Shown piece after piece: positions 27,292-37,231 of a stretch of 64,000 bases of DNA. Position numbers and translations under genes: made by a program. The notes beneath the pieces are model-generated. The model searched no databases and had not been told where the DNA came from. It worked only from the letters and a program-made list of their open reading frames with translations. Every line of letters begins with the position of its first letter. Position 1 is the stretch's first letter. This stretch comes from Candidatus Latescibacterota bacterium (GTDB lineage Bacteria; Latescibacterota; UBA2968): the NCBI GenBank assembly GCA_965198115.1, contig OZ240241.1, positions 1,664,001 to 1,728,000 on the forward strand. The letters are read 5' to 3'.

Positions 27292-28357
27292 GATCGATAT
27301 CGACGTGTCGTTTCTGCTCGCTCGATTGGTAGGCCGCCTCGACGACTTTGCCGACTTCCAGCGCGTCCGCGCCGGAGGCAGGTGGCGATCCATCGGTCAG
27401 AGCAGCTTGGATGAAGTCATCCAGGAAGGCAACCCCGTAGACACCACCATATGCGTCGTTTTCCGCGAGTGTGTATTCGAAGGTCTTCAGCGGGGTCGAC
27501 TGCCAGGCCGGTGCCACACTCGTGAGCTCCAGACGGGGCGGCTCATTCGAAGGCCGCCACACGAGTTGACCTTCACTCCCCCGAATCGCGACATATGAAT
27601 CGTAGCTCGGGCCCATGTAGCCCGCCCCACTGATCGACAGCTGGTATCCGGCCTGGAGGCTCCCGATGACACCGGTCGAGAATCGCACGGACACCGATGC
27701 GACATCCTCCACGTCGATCGCTTCCCCGCTGACCGTGTCGACCATCGCGCTCACGGACACGATTTCGTCATCCAGCAGGTAGCGCAACAGATCCACGTAA
27801 TGACACCCCAACCACGACAGGATGCCGCCCCCGGAAACCGACCGATCGAACAGCCAGTGGGTGGGGTCCCTGAACTGGACCTGCGAGGTGACCATGCGTG
27901 CCTCGCACGTCGTGATACGACCCAGGGCACCGTCTCGAATCAGCTTCCGGGCGTCTCGCGAAATAGGATGATACCGGTTCTGATACATCACCCCGAGCGT
28001 CCGCACCCCTTCCCGTGCGATTCGGACGACCTCACGCACCGACCCGCTGGTCGGTCCGATCGGTTTTTCGCTGAGGACGTGCGTGCCCCCGCTCAGCATT
28101 CTGCCACAGACCTCCGCGTTCACGTCATTCGGCATGCAGGCGACGCCGATCGGGCACGCCTCGCCCAGGATACCGTCCACATCGCTGAAGCCACGGACGA
28201 CCTTTTCGCACGTCGATTGCGCCTCATCGAGCGCCCGGGCGTCTTCATCGTAGACAACGACCTCGTCCACACGGTCGCTGTGAGAAAGGGTTCGCAGATG
28301 AGCGGCCGAATGCGGGTGCCTCAACCCGAAAAAGGCCACTTTGGTGCCATCGCTCAC
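27284..28357 (-). CDS. Gfo/Idh/MocA family oxidoreductase
   Basis: HVLSEKP, GGGILSWLGCHYVDL. Confidence 0.9.
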   Translation of the reverse strand: MSDGTKVAFFGLRHPHSAAHLRTLSHSDRVDEVVVYDEDARALDEAQSTCEKVVRGFSDVDGILGEACPIGVACMPNDVNAEVCGRMLSGGTHVLSEKPIGPTSGSVREVVRIAREGVRTLGVMYQNRYHPISRDARKLIRDGALGRITTCEARMVTSQVQFRDPTHWLFDRSVSGGGILSWLGCHYVDLLRYLLDDEIVSVSAMVDTVSGEAIDVEDVASVSVRFSTGVIGSLQAGYQLSISGAGYMGPSYDSYVAIRGSEGQLVWRPSNEPPRLELTSVAPAWQSTPLKTFEYTLAENDAYGGVYGVAFLDDFIQAALTDGSPPASGADALEVGKVVEAAYQSSEQKRHVDIDRE

Positions 28358-29769
28358 GGATCACCCTCCTTGAAATAGGGCTCGTCATCAACCGCCAGTT
28401 GTAGTGTCCTGAGCTCCCTTCGAAGAGACGCGACCGTGGTCGCATACTCGGGATCCTCGTAGACGTTGTTGAGTTCATAGGGATCCTTGTTCAAGTCGAA
28501 CAACTCCCATTCTGGCGTCTTGGTCTCATCGACCGTCCCGGGCTGGCCCAACGCATCCGCGTAGTAGTAGATCAACTTGTGATCGTGCGTTCGGATCCCG
28601 TAGTGTGCGTAGACGTGGTGCTGTGACAGATGCATCCAGTAGCGGTAATACATCGACGATCGCCATCCCTCGGGCGCCTCCCCCTCCAGAATAGATCTGA
28701 AGCTGCGACCCTGGAAGTAATCGGGTACCGCGACTTCGGCGTAGTCCAGGAAGGTGGCAGGAAAGTCGACATTCAGAGCCATGTCATTGCTCACGCGGCC
28801 GGGGGGGATCTCGCGCGGATACCGAGCGATGAACGGCATCCGCAAGGATTCCTCATACATAAACCGCTTGTCATACCACCCGTGGTCACCCAGGAAGAAA
28901 CCCTGGTCGGACGTGTAGACAACCAGTGTGTCGTCGGCGATCTCTTCGGACTCTAGGTAGTCGAGGACGCGACCGACGTTGTCGTCGATGCTGGCCACGC
29001 AGCGGAGGTAGTCCTTGATGTAGCGTTGATACTTCCAACGCTTCTCCTCATCGGGAGACAGGCCTTCCGGCGTCGGGCCTTTTAGATCGCGCTCGATGAG
29101 GTCGCGGTCCACCCTCATTCTGGCCTCTTTCGCCGCCGAAGCTCTGTTTTCGTAATCGTCCCAGAACGTCTTCGGCTCCGGAATGTCCACGCCGTCGTAC
29201 ATCGTAGCGTGTTTCTCGTCGGGCTCCCACCAACGATGCGGCGCCTTGTGATGAAGCATCAGGAAAAACGGCCGATCGCGATCCCGGTTGTCGAGCCACG
29301 CGAGCGACAGGTCGGTGATGATGTCTGTCACGTATCCATCGAGTCGCCGCGACGTTCCCATCTTGCTCATCTCCGGGTTGTGGTAGTCGCCTTGCCCGGG
29401 AAGAACGTCCCAGTAGTCGAATCCCGTCGGGTCGTGGTGTCCACCGTGACCCAGATGCCACTTCCCGACGATTGCCGTCTGATAGCCGCCCGCACGCAAG
29501 AGTTTGGCGACGTTCTCCTGACGCCCGTCGAGTTTTGCTCCCAGAGTCGTCACGCCGTTCACGTGGTTGTAGGTACCTGTCAGGATGGTCGCGCGGCTCG
29601 GCGTGCAGATGGAATTCGTACAGAAGCAGTTGTCGAATCTCACACCCGACTTCGCGATCCTGTCCAGGTTGGGGGTCTCGTTGATTCGGCTCCCGTAACA
29701 ACTCATGGCATGAGATGCGTGGTCGTCCGACATGATGAACAGGATATTCGGTCTATCAGCCACGATCAT
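28354..29769 (-). CDS. Formylglycine-dependent sulfatase (N-acetylglucosamine-6-sulfatase-like)
   Basis: RPNILFIMSDDH, CTPSRATILTG, GKWHL, HKAPH, SDQGFFLGDHGWYDKR; ATG 29769 overlaps the upstream TGA. Confidence 0.95.
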   Translation of the reverse strand: MIVADRPNILFIMSDDHASHAMSCYGSRINETPNLDRIAKSGVRFDNCFCTNSICTPSRATILTGTYNHVNGVTTLGAKLDGRQENVAKLLRAGGYQTAIVGKWHLGHGGHHDPTGFDYWDVLPGQGDYHNPEMSKMGTSRRLDGYVTDIITDLSLAWLDNRDRDRPFFLMLHHKAPHRWWEPDEKHATMYDGVDIPEPKTFWDDYENRASAAKEARMRVDRDLIERDLKGPTPEGLSPDEEKRWKYQRYIKDYLRCVASIDDNVGRVLDYLESEEIADDTLVVYTSDQGFFLGDHGWYDKRFMYEESLRMPFIARYPREIPPGRVSNDMALNVDFPATFLDYAEVAVPDYFQGRSFRSILEGEAPEGWRSSMYYRYWMHLSQHHVYAHYGIRTHDHKLIYYYADALGQPGTVDETKTPEWELFDLNKDPYELNNVYEDPEYATTVASLRRELRTLQLAVDDEPYFKEGDP

Positions 29770-30599
29770 CTCCCTTGCTGCAGCTCTGCCCCACAACACC
29801 GGCAGTAGACAGCGTCGGCGTGATGTCCTTCCGCTGAGCAAGACGGACAGGCCTGCGTCGAGACCGTGATGTTCGACCGTGTCATCTCCGCAGTCACGAT
29901 GCCCGTCGGTACGGCGATGATGCTATATCCGAATATCATAATGACCGCCGCAATCGATTGGCCCAACCCGGTACGGGGCGAAATGTCACCGTAGCCGACT
30001 GTCGTCAGTGTGACGATCGCCCAGTAGATGCTCCTCGGAATGCTCGTGAACCCGTTCTCGGCACCCTCGATCACATACATGGCCGATCCGAAAATCACGA
30101 CGATCGTCGCCACCGTGAACAGGAAAACCGTGATTTTCCTCCGGCTCGCCTGCAGGGCCGCCCCGAGGTGCTCCGCCTCCCCCACGTATTGAACGAGCTT
30201 CAGAATCCTGAAAACCCTCACCAGCCGGAGCGCGCGGATGACCCTGAAATACTGGGTCCCCGGCAACAGCACGCTCAAGTAGGTGGGTACCACGGCCAGC
30301 AGGTCTACAATCCCGTAGAAGCTCCGGGCATAGCCGAGGGGTCGTCGGACGGCGAACAGCCGGAGAATGTACTCGATCGTAAAGAGAATTGTAAAACCCC
30401 ACTCGAGTCTCAAGAGCAACGGTCCGTGAACCCGACGGATCGATGAGACGCTGTCCACCATGGCTACTGCGATGCTGCCCAGAATGCAAAGGATGAGCAC
30501 GATGTCGAAAATCTTGCCCGCGCGAGTATCCGCCTCGAAGATCACTTCGTGGAGGATCGCCCTCACGTTCGATTCCGGTCTTGCTCTGGATTCGCTCAC
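29766..30599 (-). CDS. Voltage-gated potassium channel (6TM ion transporter)
   Basis: S4-like RVIRALRLVRVFRILK, filter TTVGYGD, C-terminal CPSC/CRCC. Confidence 0.93.
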   Translation of the reverse strand: MSESRARPESNVRAILHEVIFEADTRAGKIFDIVLILCILGSIAVAMVDSVSSIRRVHGPLLLRLEWGFTILFTIEYILRLFAVRRPLGYARSFYGIVDLLAVVPTYLSVLLPGTQYFRVIRALRLVRVFRILKLVQYVGEAEHLGAALQASRRKITVFLFTVATIVVIFGSAMYVIEGAENGFTSIPRSIYWAIVTLTTVGYGDISPRTGLGQSIAAVIMIFGYSIIAVPTGIVTAEMTRSNITVSTQACPSCSAEGHHADAVYCRCCGAELQQGR

Positions 30600-30608
30600 T
30601 GGAAACCG

Positions 30609-31694
30609 TCAGACGCTGATAAAGTGGTAGATCGATGGGTGAAGACCGCGGAGATGAATCGGGTAGCGCCGAGCCAGTCGGAAAGGGAGATTTCCTGCCT
30701 CGGCACGGGCTTCGACCTCACGATCTCGGTCCGTAACGACGACAAGGCGGCCCTCGGGCTTCAGAGCCGGTTGGCACACGCGCATCAAGTCGGGCAGGTC
30801 GAACACGTCACGCCGTGTGAGGTCGGCCACCACACAGTCGACGGCCTCACCCCGGCACGGAAGATGCCGCCCGTCCCAGATGGACGTTGCCAGACTCAGT
30901 CCGGCGGCTGCCGAATTGATCGCAGCCGCCCGAACACAGGCCTCGTGCGTATCCAAAGCGGTCAGGGTGATAGCCTGGAGCAGGCCTGCTTCGATTAAAG
31001 ACCCACCCCCGCGACATACGGGATCGAGCCATCTCTCGCCAGCACGCGGCTGTCCGATCAGGGCGACCGCAGCGGCAACCGGCGACGGCAACTCGCCCCC
31101 TACGAGAGCGTGTGTGTGATCACGAACACCTGGCGTCGCCAGACGGAGACCGACTCGAGCGCGTCGCCTTTCGATCGAAACGTGGATCGTGTAGGGACCG
31201 GATTGCTCCCCGGCGTCGAGATCGTACTGTGCTGCTAGAACGGTCAGGAGGACTTGCTGCAGCTCCCCCGCGGAAAAGCGATGCCCGCGCCCCACTGTGC
31301 AAGTTACTCGCACACCCGGATTTCGCGGAGGGCCGTTCAGCACATCGAAGAGGGCGACCGACGGTATGATGTCCATCCTGGCGAGCGCGTCGGCAACGCG
31401 AAGCATGCCGGGCCGCCCGACGGTGACGTCCTCAACTTTCCCCAGATCGGCGAAGATGGCGCTCACGGTCCGCAGATCCAAAAGACGTCGGGGCGATCGC
31501 TCGAACCGAAAGTGGACGCGACTCTGCCGTCTCCGACGATCGATACGTAGATCGCGCACGCCCTTCAGCGAGCGAAGCTCCTTCTCCGTAAACCCGTCGA
31601 GTCCGCCGGGCGCCGTCGCGAAAAAGTCGTAGACCTTTTCGATCTCCGAGGGGCGGGCCGGCTCGATGCCCAGAATGTCCGCGAAGTCGTTCAC
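30609..31694 (-). CDS. THUMP-domain RNA methyltransferase-like protein (degenerate motifs)
   Basis: LLDLRTV, GHRFSA, L...VAAA, WLDPVCRGGGSLIEA (canonical DPMCGSGT). Confidence 0.65.
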   Translation of the reverse strand: MNDFADILGIEPARPSEIEKVYDFFATAPGGLDGFTEKELRSLKGVRDLRIDRRRRQSRVHFRFERSPRRLLDLRTVSAIFADLGKVEDVTVGRPGMLRVADALARMDIIPSVALFDVLNGPPRNPGVRVTCTVGRGHRFSAGELQQVLLTVLAAQYDLDAGEQSGPYTIHVSIERRRARVGLRLATPGVRDHTHALVGGELPSPVAAAVALIGQPRAGERWLDPVCRGGGSLIEAGLLQAITLTALDTHEACVRAAAINSAAAGLSLATSIWDGRHLPCRGEAVDCVVADLTRRDVFDLPDLMRVCQPALKPEGRLVVVTDRDREVEARAEAGNLPFRLARRYPIHLRGLHPSIYHFISV

Positions 31695-33026
31695 TTACCG
31701 CTTCTGAATCCGCCCATCGACCACACCCCTCAGGCTGGGCGCCGTCCTGATGGCCTTGGCCAGCGCATCTCGAACCTGGACGCCCGTCGCCCGAACACGC
31801 GCCGGGATCGCAACCTTGGTCTCGACGGCCACGGTATAGTCTTTCCGGTCCTCCACGGGGGTCCCCCCGATCAGAACATCGACGAGTTGCCCTACCCCCT
31901 GTGGAACCTGCTCGTAGACCACGACCGCGCCCGAGGGGTAGAACATCAGTTCGCCGATTTCCGACAGGCTCAGGAGATCGCGAACCTGGCCCCCCTTCAA
32001 CGTAGCCACACCCACTTCTGAATCGAACGGGTATAGCTCGATCAGCTCGGCAGGCGTGATCGCTCCATCGTCCGGCCCCTGTCCAACGTGAGCAACGGAC
32101 ACCAGCCCGAGATCGGTCATCGCCGATTCTCGGAGAACATCAGCGATGAGATATCCAACCGCCGAGTGCACGAACCCCCCTGAAGACCGACCGATTGTGG
32201 CGTCCAGCGAAACGGGCTGGCCTTCGACCGTGACCGACCACTCGTCCAGATCGTTCTCCACGGCTGGTTCGAGAGCGTCTAGGTCTACCGCATTCAAGGA
32301 TCCATCCGTGACCTTGCCCTCGTCGTAGGAGAGATCAATCCCGGCCAGACGCCCCCCGATCTGCGCGACGAACACCTCCCCTACCGATCGACCGATCGTC
32401 TCCCCGGGCAACCGATTCAGAATAACATCGAGTCCCTGCACTTCAGCCAGACGTGTCACGTTCGCTGGAGTCAGAACGGTGATCGCCACGACCAGGTCGC
32501 AACGGGGAGCCAGCATGGGCACGTAGTAACGGGCCGCCGCGATCGGATCTCCGACCGTCAACTCCGCGATCTGGGAGGCCAGACCGATCAAACCGACTCT
32601 GGCCTTGCCCGCGCGAACGATCGACAGCGGTTGAACGTGAAGGGGCGGGCGACCCGACCCCGAGCGGTGCAGGTTGCTTCCGAGGACCGAGAAGTCGGCC
32701 GTCGCCCCGAAGGCGCTAAACCCGTCGCGCGCTGCGTCCACGTGGCCGGCAAACCACGTGTCATAGCCGGCCCTGTTCATCAGGTGGACCGAAAGGCTGC
32801 CGTGTTGTGGATGCACGAAAGCGCGCTCGACAGGAGAGAGGGCATTTCCGCCGTCGATCAGTAACGTCGGACGTCCCCCCTGGCGCACACCCTGGGCGAA
32901 AGCTCGGATTTTCGACAAGGACGCCACGTGTCCGCCAATGTCGACCGAGTAAACCAGAGTCAACTCATCGGCGGCGGCGTGGCCGACGACGGCCATCCAG
33001 ATCCAGAGAGCCAGGAAAGTTCGCAC
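31695..33026 (-). CDS. Secreted 5'-nucleotidase-like protein (metallophosphoesterase plus C-terminal domain), divergent
   Basis: Signal peptide; LLIDGGNA, MNRAGYD, VLGSNL, LDVIL, YPFD..V....LKG. Confidence 0.65.
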   Translation of the reverse strand: MRTFLALWIWMAVVGHAAADELTLVYSVDIGGHVASLSKIRAFAQGVRQGGRPTLLIDGGNALSPVERAFVHPQHGSLSVHLMNRAGYDTWFAGHVDAARDGFSAFGATADFSVLGSNLHRSGSGRPPLHVQPLSIVRAGKARVGLIGLASQIAELTVGDPIAAARYYVPMLAPRCDLVVAITVLTPANVTRLAEVQGLDVILNRLPGETIGRSVGEVFVAQIGGRLAGIDLSYDEGKVTDGSLNAVDLDALEPAVENDLDEWSVTVEGQPVSLDATIGRSSGGFVHSAVGYLIADVLRESAMTDLGLVSVAHVGQGPDDGAITPAELIELYPFDSEVGVATLKGGQVRDLLSLSEIGELMFYPSGAVVVYEQVPQGVGQLVDVLIGGTPVEDRKDYTVAVETKVAIPARVRATGVQVRDALAKAIRTAPSLRGVVDGRIQKR

Positions 33027-33041
33027 GTAGAGACACTCCGG

Positions 33042-33860
33042 CTATGGGCAATGAGATCCGAATTCTCGGTAGGCGCGCGGCGGTACGCGATGGTATTCTG
33101 TGGCCACCTGAATCAGCCTGTCGACTGCGGCCTCGAAGACCCGGCCACCCTTCTCGGCCGTCGCAGCCGTCGCATCTCCCATCGTCCCGGTGACCCCGAC
33201 CGTATCCCGACGACGCTCCGAAAACCGCGCGAAAGATTGCAGCTCCGGACTGAACGGATTCGGAAACTCGTCGGCATTGATCCGCGAACGGTCGACGAGG
33301 TAGTCTCTCAGATGGAGCTGCAATGACGTCTCCCACTCTCCCCCGTGTCCGACGCTTCCGTCGTCGGCATCTCCCCACTCGAGCATCTCTGCTTCGACCA
33401 TCTGCCACCAGCTGAACGCCACGATGAAAACATCGTCTTCCGAAACCGTATCCCTCACGACCCGAATCGGAGCGGCGTTCCCACCGTGGCCGTTTACGAG
33501 CACGATACGGTGGAACCCATTTGCGTGGATGCTTCGGCAGATGTCGCCCAACAGATTCAGGAAGGTTTCGATGCGCAGACTGATCGTCCCGGGGAATCCC
33601 ATGTTGTAGTGCGTAAACCCCGACCAAACCGGGGGCGCAACAATGACGGGAAACGCATCGACTCGCCTGGCCGCTTCGACCGCAAAGTAAAACGGCCCCA
33701 CGATGTCCACATCCATCGGACAGTGGGGCCCGTGCTGCTCGATCGACCCGACGGGCACGATGACGACCGGATCGCGCTCGAGCCTCTCCTCGAACTCGTG
33801 CCGCCACAGCTCCTGCCAGAAGATCTTCTTGTTCTTGCCGTCGAAAGAATCGCGAAACAC
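33042..33860 (-). CDS. Creatininase family amidohydrolase
   Basis: PVGSIEQHGPH, D, FPGTI, NGHGGN, HGGEWETS, ATAEKG; start 33860 or 33893. Confidence 0.93.
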   Translation of the reverse strand: MFRDSFDGKNKKIFWQELWRHEFEERLERDPVVIVPVGSIEQHGPHCPMDVDIVGPFYFAVEAARRVDAFPVIVAPPVWSGFTHYNMGFPGTISLRIETFLNLLGDICRSIHANGFHRIVLVNGHGGNAAPIRVVRDTVSEDDVFIVAFSWWQMVEAEMLEWGDADDGSVGHGGEWETSLQLHLRDYLVDRSRINADEFPNPFSPELQSFARFSERRRDTVGVTGTMGDATAATAEKGGRVFEAAVDRLIQVATEYHRVPPRAYREFGSHCP

Positions 33861-33908
33861 GGTAGCTACGCCTTTCGACGACGGCGCGAACACCGGCCAG
33901 TCACGGGG

Positions 33909-35057
33909 TCATCGGCCAAGACGGTCATCCTCGGCCGCAAGCCACTCCGCGTAGGGTGTGGGCATGTCGGGAACCGAGCCGTGTCCGGCCGCCTCGCGCC
34001 ACGGAGTCAGGGGATGCGTACGGTTGGGTTGCGGCAGATCGATCCGGCGCCCCGTCGCGACGGATTCGAAGACACCCATGATAATCTCCAACACGTGTCG
34101 CCCGACTTCGCCACTGCAGAGGTGAGGACGCCCCTCATCCAGGGCCTGAACGTACTCATCGACATAGGCAAAATCGTCGACAGCCGCCAGCGAGGCCTCG
34201 TCAAACCCTTCGGGAGCGACGGGGGGCAGCGGCTCCCACGCCTCCCCCCCGGGCACGTCGTGAGGAACCCGTAGGATTGCTGCCGACCGGCTCCCCCAGT
34301 AGAGTCGCCCCGTCGTTCCATAGTATTCGCACGAATAGGCGGTCGAATCGACGGTCGGGAACCGGTGCTGTGCTAGCGTCGCCGTGTGACTGCCATCGAA
34401 GACGAGGGTGGCCGTCAGATACTCCCCAGCCATCGTCCCCATCCCGTTCGGTGCGGGCACCACGTCTTCCGGCCGTGTGATGTGACCCCCCGTCACACCC
34501 AGCGCAGACACAGACAGGCAGGGCCCAGTCAGCTCCATCATCGCATTCAAGGAGTGCGTGCCGATGTTGAGCAGGCCGTAGCCGCCATAGTAGCCCTTCC
34601 CGCTTGCGAGGGCAAATCGCAGGTCCCCGATCTCACCCGCCCGGAAGGCCTTCGCGACGGCCTGCAGGGCCGGACCCGTTCTGCCCTGATGGTGGACCGC
34701 CACCCGCACGCCCTTTTCGTGGGCCAGGCTGATCAGCTGATCGGCTTCCTCCAGTGTCGTGCAGATCGGCTTTTCGACGTCTATGTTTACGCCGTGCTCC
34801 AACACGGCCATGCCCAGTTCGAAGTGAAGTTGCGTCGCGGTCGGTATCGCGACGATGTCGGGTTCCGTGTCCCGAATCATTCGGTCGAAATCATCGAATC
34901 GGGCCGATACTGCCAGTTCGTCTCCGAGCGTGCTCAATCGTTCGGGAACCAGGTCGCACAACCCGACCACTTCCGTTCGTGGATGGGCGTGGTAGGCTCG
35001 GCCGGCGGCGGTTCCCCGCCCACGGCAACCCAGAATCGCTGCACGGTAGGTTTTCAC
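33909..35057 (-). CDS. Gfo/Idh/MocA family oxidoreductase
   Basis: ILGCRGRG, VEKPI, NIGTH. Confidence 0.9.
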   Translation of the reverse strand: MKTYRAAILGCRGRGTAAGRAYHAHPRTEVVGLCDLVPERLSTLGDELAVSARFDDFDRMIRDTEPDIVAIPTATQLHFELGMAVLEHGVNIDVEKPICTTLEEADQLISLAHEKGVRVAVHHQGRTGPALQAVAKAFRAGEIGDLRFALASGKGYYGGYGLLNIGTHSLNAMMELTGPCLSVSALGVTGGHITRPEDVVPAPNGMGTMAGEYLTATLVFDGSHTATLAQHRFPTVDSTAYSCEYYGTTGRLYWGSRSAAILRVPHDVPGGEAWEPLPPVAPEGFDEASLAAVDDFAYVDEYVQALDEGRPHLCSGEVGRHVLEIIMGVFESVATGRRIDLPQPNRTHPLTPWREAAGHGSVPDMPTPYAEWLAAEDDRLGR

Positions 35058-36112
35058 GCGGCCTCACTCAGGTTAATGGCGAGAGACCGAATGGCCGCCG
35101 CCGCTTCGTCGATGTCGGATTGGGTGATGCCCAGGTGCGGTATGGCTCGAATGTAAGTCGGGCCGGGCGCACTCACGCGAACGCCGTGGCGTTCGATCAG
35201 TGTGTTCACGAATTCGAGAGACGTCAGTCCGAGCGAACGAATGTCGAACCGTACCATGTTCGTCTCGACACCCGCGGGATCGATGTCGATACCCGGCGTT
35301 CCGGCAATCCCCTCAGCCAGTCGCCTGGCGTGAGCGTGATCCTCCGCCAAACGATCGACGTTGTGGTCGAGTGCGTAGATCCCGGCCGCGGCGATGATGC
35401 CGGCCTGTCGCATGGCACCCCCGATGCGCTGCTTCCACTGCCACGCCTGCTCGATGAAGGCCTGGGTGCCCGCCAGAACACCACCGACAGGCGCGCCCAG
35501 TCCTTTGCTCAGGTCGATCCATACCGAGTCGAAGGACCCGGCGTAGTCCGACGCGGAGATGCCCGTGGCGACGACGGCGTTCAGGAGCCGGGCGCCGTCC
35601 ATGTGCATCAGGGCCCCACGTTCGCGCGCTACGCGCTCGACGCCCCGGATCTGGTCGAGATCCCAGATCTTTCCGCCCGGCTTGTTGGTCGTCTGTTCGA
35701 TCGACACGAGACGAAAGGATGGTTTGTAGCGGGAGGCAGGCTCGATCGTCTCGGCCACCTGCTCTGGTGTGAACTGCCCGTCGACCCCGTCGATCGGATA
35801 CATCGTCGCATTCGCCAGAACTGCAGCGCCCCCTGACTCCGAAATCAGGGGATGAGCCGTTCGGTCCATCAGAATCAGATCTCCGGGCCCACAGTGCACG
35901 GCGAGCGCAATCTGGTTGCACATCGTCCCTGACGGCAGAAATACAGCGCTCTCCTTGCCGGTGAGCTCGGCCACGCGATCCTGCAGCGCGTTGACCGTCG
36001 GATCCTCCATCTTCTGCTCATCGCCGACCTCTGCCTCGCACATGTAGGCGCGCATGCCGGGCGTTGGCTGTGTCGACGTGTCGCTATAGAGGTCGATTTT
36101 CACTTCGGTCAT
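35054..36112 (-). CDS. ltaE: Low-specificity L-threonine aldolase
   Basis: DLYSDT, PSGTMCN, HMDGARL, LSKGLGAPVG, GGAMRQAG. Confidence 0.9.
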   Translation of the reverse strand: MTEVKIDLYSDTSTQPTPGMRAYMCEAEVGDEQKMEDPTVNALQDRVAELTGKESAVFLPSGTMCNQIALAVHCGPGDLILMDRTAHPLISESGGAAVLANATMYPIDGVDGQFTPEQVAETIEPASRYKPSFRLVSIEQTTNKPGGKIWDLDQIRGVERVARERGALMHMDGARLLNAVVATGISASDYAGSFDSVWIDLSKGLGAPVGGVLAGTQAFIEQAWQWKQRIGGAMRQAGIIAAAGIYALDHNVDRLAEDHAHARRLAEGIAGTPGIDIDPAGVETNMVRFDIRSLGLTSLEFVNTLIERHGVRVSAPGPTYIRAIPHLGITQSDIDEAAAAIRSLAINLSEAA

Positions 36113-36200
36113 ACGCACTCCCCCAGTCAGAAACACCACGCAACCACTGGAAAGACCCTAACTTAGGGCTGGTCGAGAGGCCGTGCAAGGGGATTCAGGA

Positions 36201-36229
36201 ACAGAAAGGCCCCGACGCTCATCGGGGCC
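36201..36229 (-). terminator. Intrinsic terminator after the PAC2 gene
   Basis: GGCCCCGA-N6-TCGGGGCC followed by TTTCTGTT on the minus strand. Confidence 0.65.
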
Positions 36230-36259
36230 CGTGTTTCTACTTCGCCGCGGGTTTCTGTG

Positions 36260-37231
36260 TCAGATGTTCCCTTCGGGGTTCTCCCGAAAGAGGTTCAGAA
36301 AGCGGTCTTCGTAGTAGCCGTAGAGACTCCACCTGTCCAGCTCGTGCTTCAACTGCGCCGCGGTTTCCCTCGCCTGTCTCGTGTCTCCCGCCTGGCTCAC
36401 CTGCAAAAACAGGCGTTCGATCTTTTCCATCACGTACTGAGGCACCTGATCTTCATCCACCGCGCCGAGTTCACCCAGTTCTCCCGCTTCGGGGGTCTCC
36501 ATCGTCGAGAACGTCGCCCTGATCTTCTCCTCGATCTCGTTCAACACCTGGCCCATCTGTTCGACCGCCTCGTCCAATTCCGTCAGGTCGACCTCGACAT
36601 CCAGAATCTGCTGGAGAACGCGAACAATCTCCCGCGACGCCCTTGGATTCGGCATCTGGATCACGTGATGCGGCATGGTGGCCAGCAGACACGACGCGGG
36701 AATCTCCCGTAGTGCGGCGAACCCCAATAGGAGTCCGTTCATCCCGGAAACGTGACCTTGTTCCAGAAGATCTACACCGTGATGCGACAGGGTATCTCTC
36801 ATACCTTCCGTATTCGAAACCCCCAGTACCTGGACATCGTCCGTGTGGCTCATGGGAATAGCCAGCGCGGCTGCCGTGTAGATAGCAGAAACACCCACAT
36901 CCTGGGCGTAGTCGAGCACGGCCGTCATCATCGAGGTTCCACCCTCACCCGAAACCTGCGCTTCGCTCTCGAACACCATGAGGTCAGTGCCCGCCACGTG
37001 GAAGAACACGTGTGAGGGCACATCCGGAAACCGGGCGAGCCCATCTTCCACGATCACCATATCGGGTGTAAAAAACGAGCGAAGATCGATCTCGGCACAC
37101 GCGTCCGCCTCGAGCGTGCGCCTAAGGTAATTGACGGCGCCCACGCCCACGCTCCCCATGCCGGGCCAGCCTGCAATCAGGGTGGGGGTCGTCACCTCAT
37201 CCCGGATGTCACGGGAAACCTTCAGACTCAC
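36260..37231 (-). CDS. PAC2 family (proteasome assembly chaperone-like) protein
   Basis: LIAGWPGMGSVG, VSGMNGLLLG, NPRAS, VDLTELDE; C-terminal ELDRWSLYGYYEDRFLNLF. Confidence 0.82.
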   Translation of the reverse strand: MSLKVSRDIRDEVTTPTLIAGWPGMGSVGVGAVNYLRRTLEADACAEIDLRSFFTPDMVIVEDGLARFPDVPSHVFFHVAGTDLMVFESEAQVSGEGGTSMMTAVLDYAQDVGVSAIYTAAALAIPMSHTDDVQVLGVSNTEGMRDTLSHHGVDLLEQGHVSGMNGLLLGFAALREIPASCLLATMPHHVIQMPNPRASREIVRVLQQILDVEVDLTELDEAVEQMGQVLNEIEEKIRATFSTMETPEAGELGELGAVDEDQVPQYVMEKIERLFLQVSQAGDTRQARETAAQLKHELDRWSLYGYYEDRFLNLFRENPEGNI

